Shown here piece by piece: positions 62,855 to 64,000 of a stretch of DNA of 64,000 nt. Made by a program: the position numbers and the translations under genes. How positions within the stretch are numbered: the stretch's first letter is position 1; every line of letters begins with the position of its first letter. The notes beneath the pieces are model-generated. The model did not search any database and had not been told where the DNA came from. It saw only the letters and a program-made list of their open reading frames with translations. This DNA is from a virus (taxonomy: Duplodnaviria > Caudoviricetes): the IMG/VR virus record IMGVR_UViG_3300033067_001009, positions 11,905-75,904 of that record. One strand, given 5' to 3'.

Positions 62855-62873
62855 CCTCGGCATATTCAAAATG

Positions 62874-63065
62874 TTAGCCTTTGGCCGCACGGGTGACCGC
62901 AGATTTGACGTTGGAGGCAGTCGGCGCGACCATCAGTGGGACTACGGCACCGTCGCCTTTTCTAAAGAACCACGTCCGGCTGTTGCCGGAGTACGTAGCG
63001 GAAACCTGTTTGATCGCCGCCAGTCGACGGACTTCCTGTTTGTCGATGATGTTACTTTTTCTCAT
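62874..63065 (-). CDS. Small basic protein
   Basis: 63 aa with an AGGAG RBS. Confidence 0.45.
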   Translation of the reverse strand: MRKSNIIDKQEVRRLAAIKQVSATYSGNSRTWFFRKGDGAVVPLMVAPTASNVKSAVTRAAKG

Positions 63066-63172
63066 AGTTTGATTTCTCCTCTATTCGTTTGATTAATTGT
63101 TGCCTAACTTCGTCGACTTTGTCAACGATGTTCCATTTATAGCGCTGACACCCGATGTGGAATGTCTTGGCC

Positions 63173-63454
63173 TTACTCTCCGGTCTGGTGCTGTAATACC
63201 GTGGTGTGTTCGTCGAGTATTTCCTGTAACGTCTGGATGAGCATCGGCAGGGACTCTGCCTCGACAGCGATGGTTGCCCGACCGATAACACCTTTGCCGG
63301 TGATCGGTTCGAGCAGTACGATGCCGCCATTATCGCCGTGCGACCGGATCATTGATAATACCGGCAACACGGAGATGCCGGAGCACTTGAAAGTACCGTT
63401 ACGACCTAAGAACCAAGTGTTCTCACCTTTCCATAATATTTCAGTTATCGCCAT
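63173..63454 (-). CDS. Hypothetical protein
   Basis: 93 aa with an AGGAGG RBS. Confidence 0.5.
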   Translation of the reverse strand: MAITEILWKGENTWFLGRNGTFKCSGISVLPVLSMIRSHGDNGGIVLLEPITGKGVIGRATIAVEAESLPMLIQTLQEILDEHTTVLQHQTGE

Positions 63455-63463
63455 AACGACCTC

Positions 63464-63715
63464 CTAGTTTTGAGTCTGGTGCTGCCAGCAGTAGCCCTCG
63501 CCTTTGACCTTACGGGTACAAGTGCCTCCCGATTTGGTCTTCGCTCCGCAAATATGCGACGGAGCTTCGACGGGTTCTACCGACTGGTTCTTGACCGGAC
63601 GGTTGATCGACACGACCCGCACCGGTTCGCACGGTTGCGGTGTCGAAGTTGCTTGCGTCGAGGCACAGGCCGAAGCCAATGCCCCGATTACGATGATCGC
63701 GTAAACACGTTTCAC
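63464..63715 (-). CDS. Secreted/lipoprotein with C-terminal Cys3-His knuckle
   Basis: MKRVYAIIVIGALASAC...CGAKTKSGGTCTRKVKGEGYCWQH. Confidence 0.6.
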   Translation of the reverse strand: MKRVYAIIVIGALASACASTQATSTPQPCEPVRVVSINRPVKNQSVEPVEAPSHICGAKTKSGGTCTRKVKGEGYCWQHQTQN

Positions 63716-63915
63716 GGTGTAACCTCCTCGTTCGCCTCGCTGTCGGGACGAACATCCTGAATGTAGCGGTTATCCTCGCAATCGAGACAATAACCGTATT
63801 CGTACTCCTCGATGCCGCCCAAAGACACATCGAAGTCGGTTTCTGCCGGAGCATTCACGTCAACCCAGAGTTTGATCTGGACACGGTTGCCACGACAAGT
63901 TTCGCATTCCCACAT
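63712..63915 (-). CDS. Small Cys-rich protein
   Basis: CxxC...CxxC with a GAGGAGG RBS. Confidence 0.5.
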   Translation of the reverse strand: MWECETCRGNRVQIKLWVDVNAPAETDFDVSLGGIEEYEYGYCLDCEDNRYIQDVRPDSEANEEVTP

Positions 63916-63961
63916 ATAGGAACCTCCTCTATCTTGGATTTATGCTCTGATGAACATAATA

Positions 63962-63991
63962 CAAGGCTTGAGTGTCGACACTCAAGCCTTG
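63962..63991. repeat. 30-bp perfect palindrome CAAGGCTTGAGTGTCGACACTCAAGCCTTG
   Basis: Intergenic; arms checked base by base. Confidence 0.97.
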
Positions 63992-64000
63992 GTTTACATC

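Larger units (their letters stand above)
1753..63991. repeat. Dispersed palindromic repeat family, core AGTGTCGACACT (consensus ttGAGTGTCGACACTCaa)
   Basis: Perfect 12-mer cores start at 1753, 5386, 6764, 11017, 16579, 21249, 23481, 26259, 30411, 33845, 36870, 39576, 42330, 45466, 46293, 50019, 56590, 60864, 62835 and 63971. Near copies are at 12627, 14231, 31506, 32153, 34842 and 51847. Confidence 0.97.

Noticed and set aside
1753-63991. Palindromic repeats as a CRISPR array, REP cluster or IS ends
   Set aside because: Copies are kilobases apart with no spacer periodicity, and no cas gene, transposase or target duplication is visible.
62827-63991. Long palindromes as protelomerase (telRL) sites
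   Set aside because: There are several copies with different arms, they are shorter than N15-type sites, and no protelomerase is present in the window. This cannot be fully excluded outside the window.
1-64000. Integrase, terminase, tRNA, rRNA, diversity-generating retroelement
   Set aside because: No tyrosine or serine recombinase, terminase ATPase or reverse-transcriptase motif, and no cloverleaf, was recognised. The terminase probably lies left of the window.

Overview
A 64-kb segment of a tailed dsDNA phage genome, probably podovirus-like because no tape-measure or sheath gene is recognisable. The + strand (to 34169) carries the virion block: partial portal, scaffold, capsid, adaptor and nozzle genes, a tail protein ending in a Hint domain, three signal-peptide-bearing fibre/spike proteins, an atypical lysis cassette, ejection proteins and a 3866-aa polyvalent protein. 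The - strand (34166-63915) carries replication and recombination genes (DnaB, short HTH Rep, ThyX with an HNH intein, Rad52-like annealase, RusA, ParB-like protein, family A DNA polymerase), an AAA/DUF1257/DUF2997 module and many small early genes. No integrase, terminase, tRNA or CRISPR array was seen. The most striking signals are: (1) the palindrome AGTGTCGACACT, present in 20 perfect copies about every 3.3 kb, inside genes and next to ribosome-binding sites, and extended to 28-30 bp at the right end; (2) a Ycf46-like AAA+ ATPase whose Walker B precedes its Walker A, in an operon with DUF1257-, DUF2997- and DUF3150-like genes; (3) a plasmid-style rep promoter with a convergent ~80-nt antisense RNA; (4) fibre/spike proteins with Sec signal peptides. 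All family assignments come from motif recognition by eye, not database searches.
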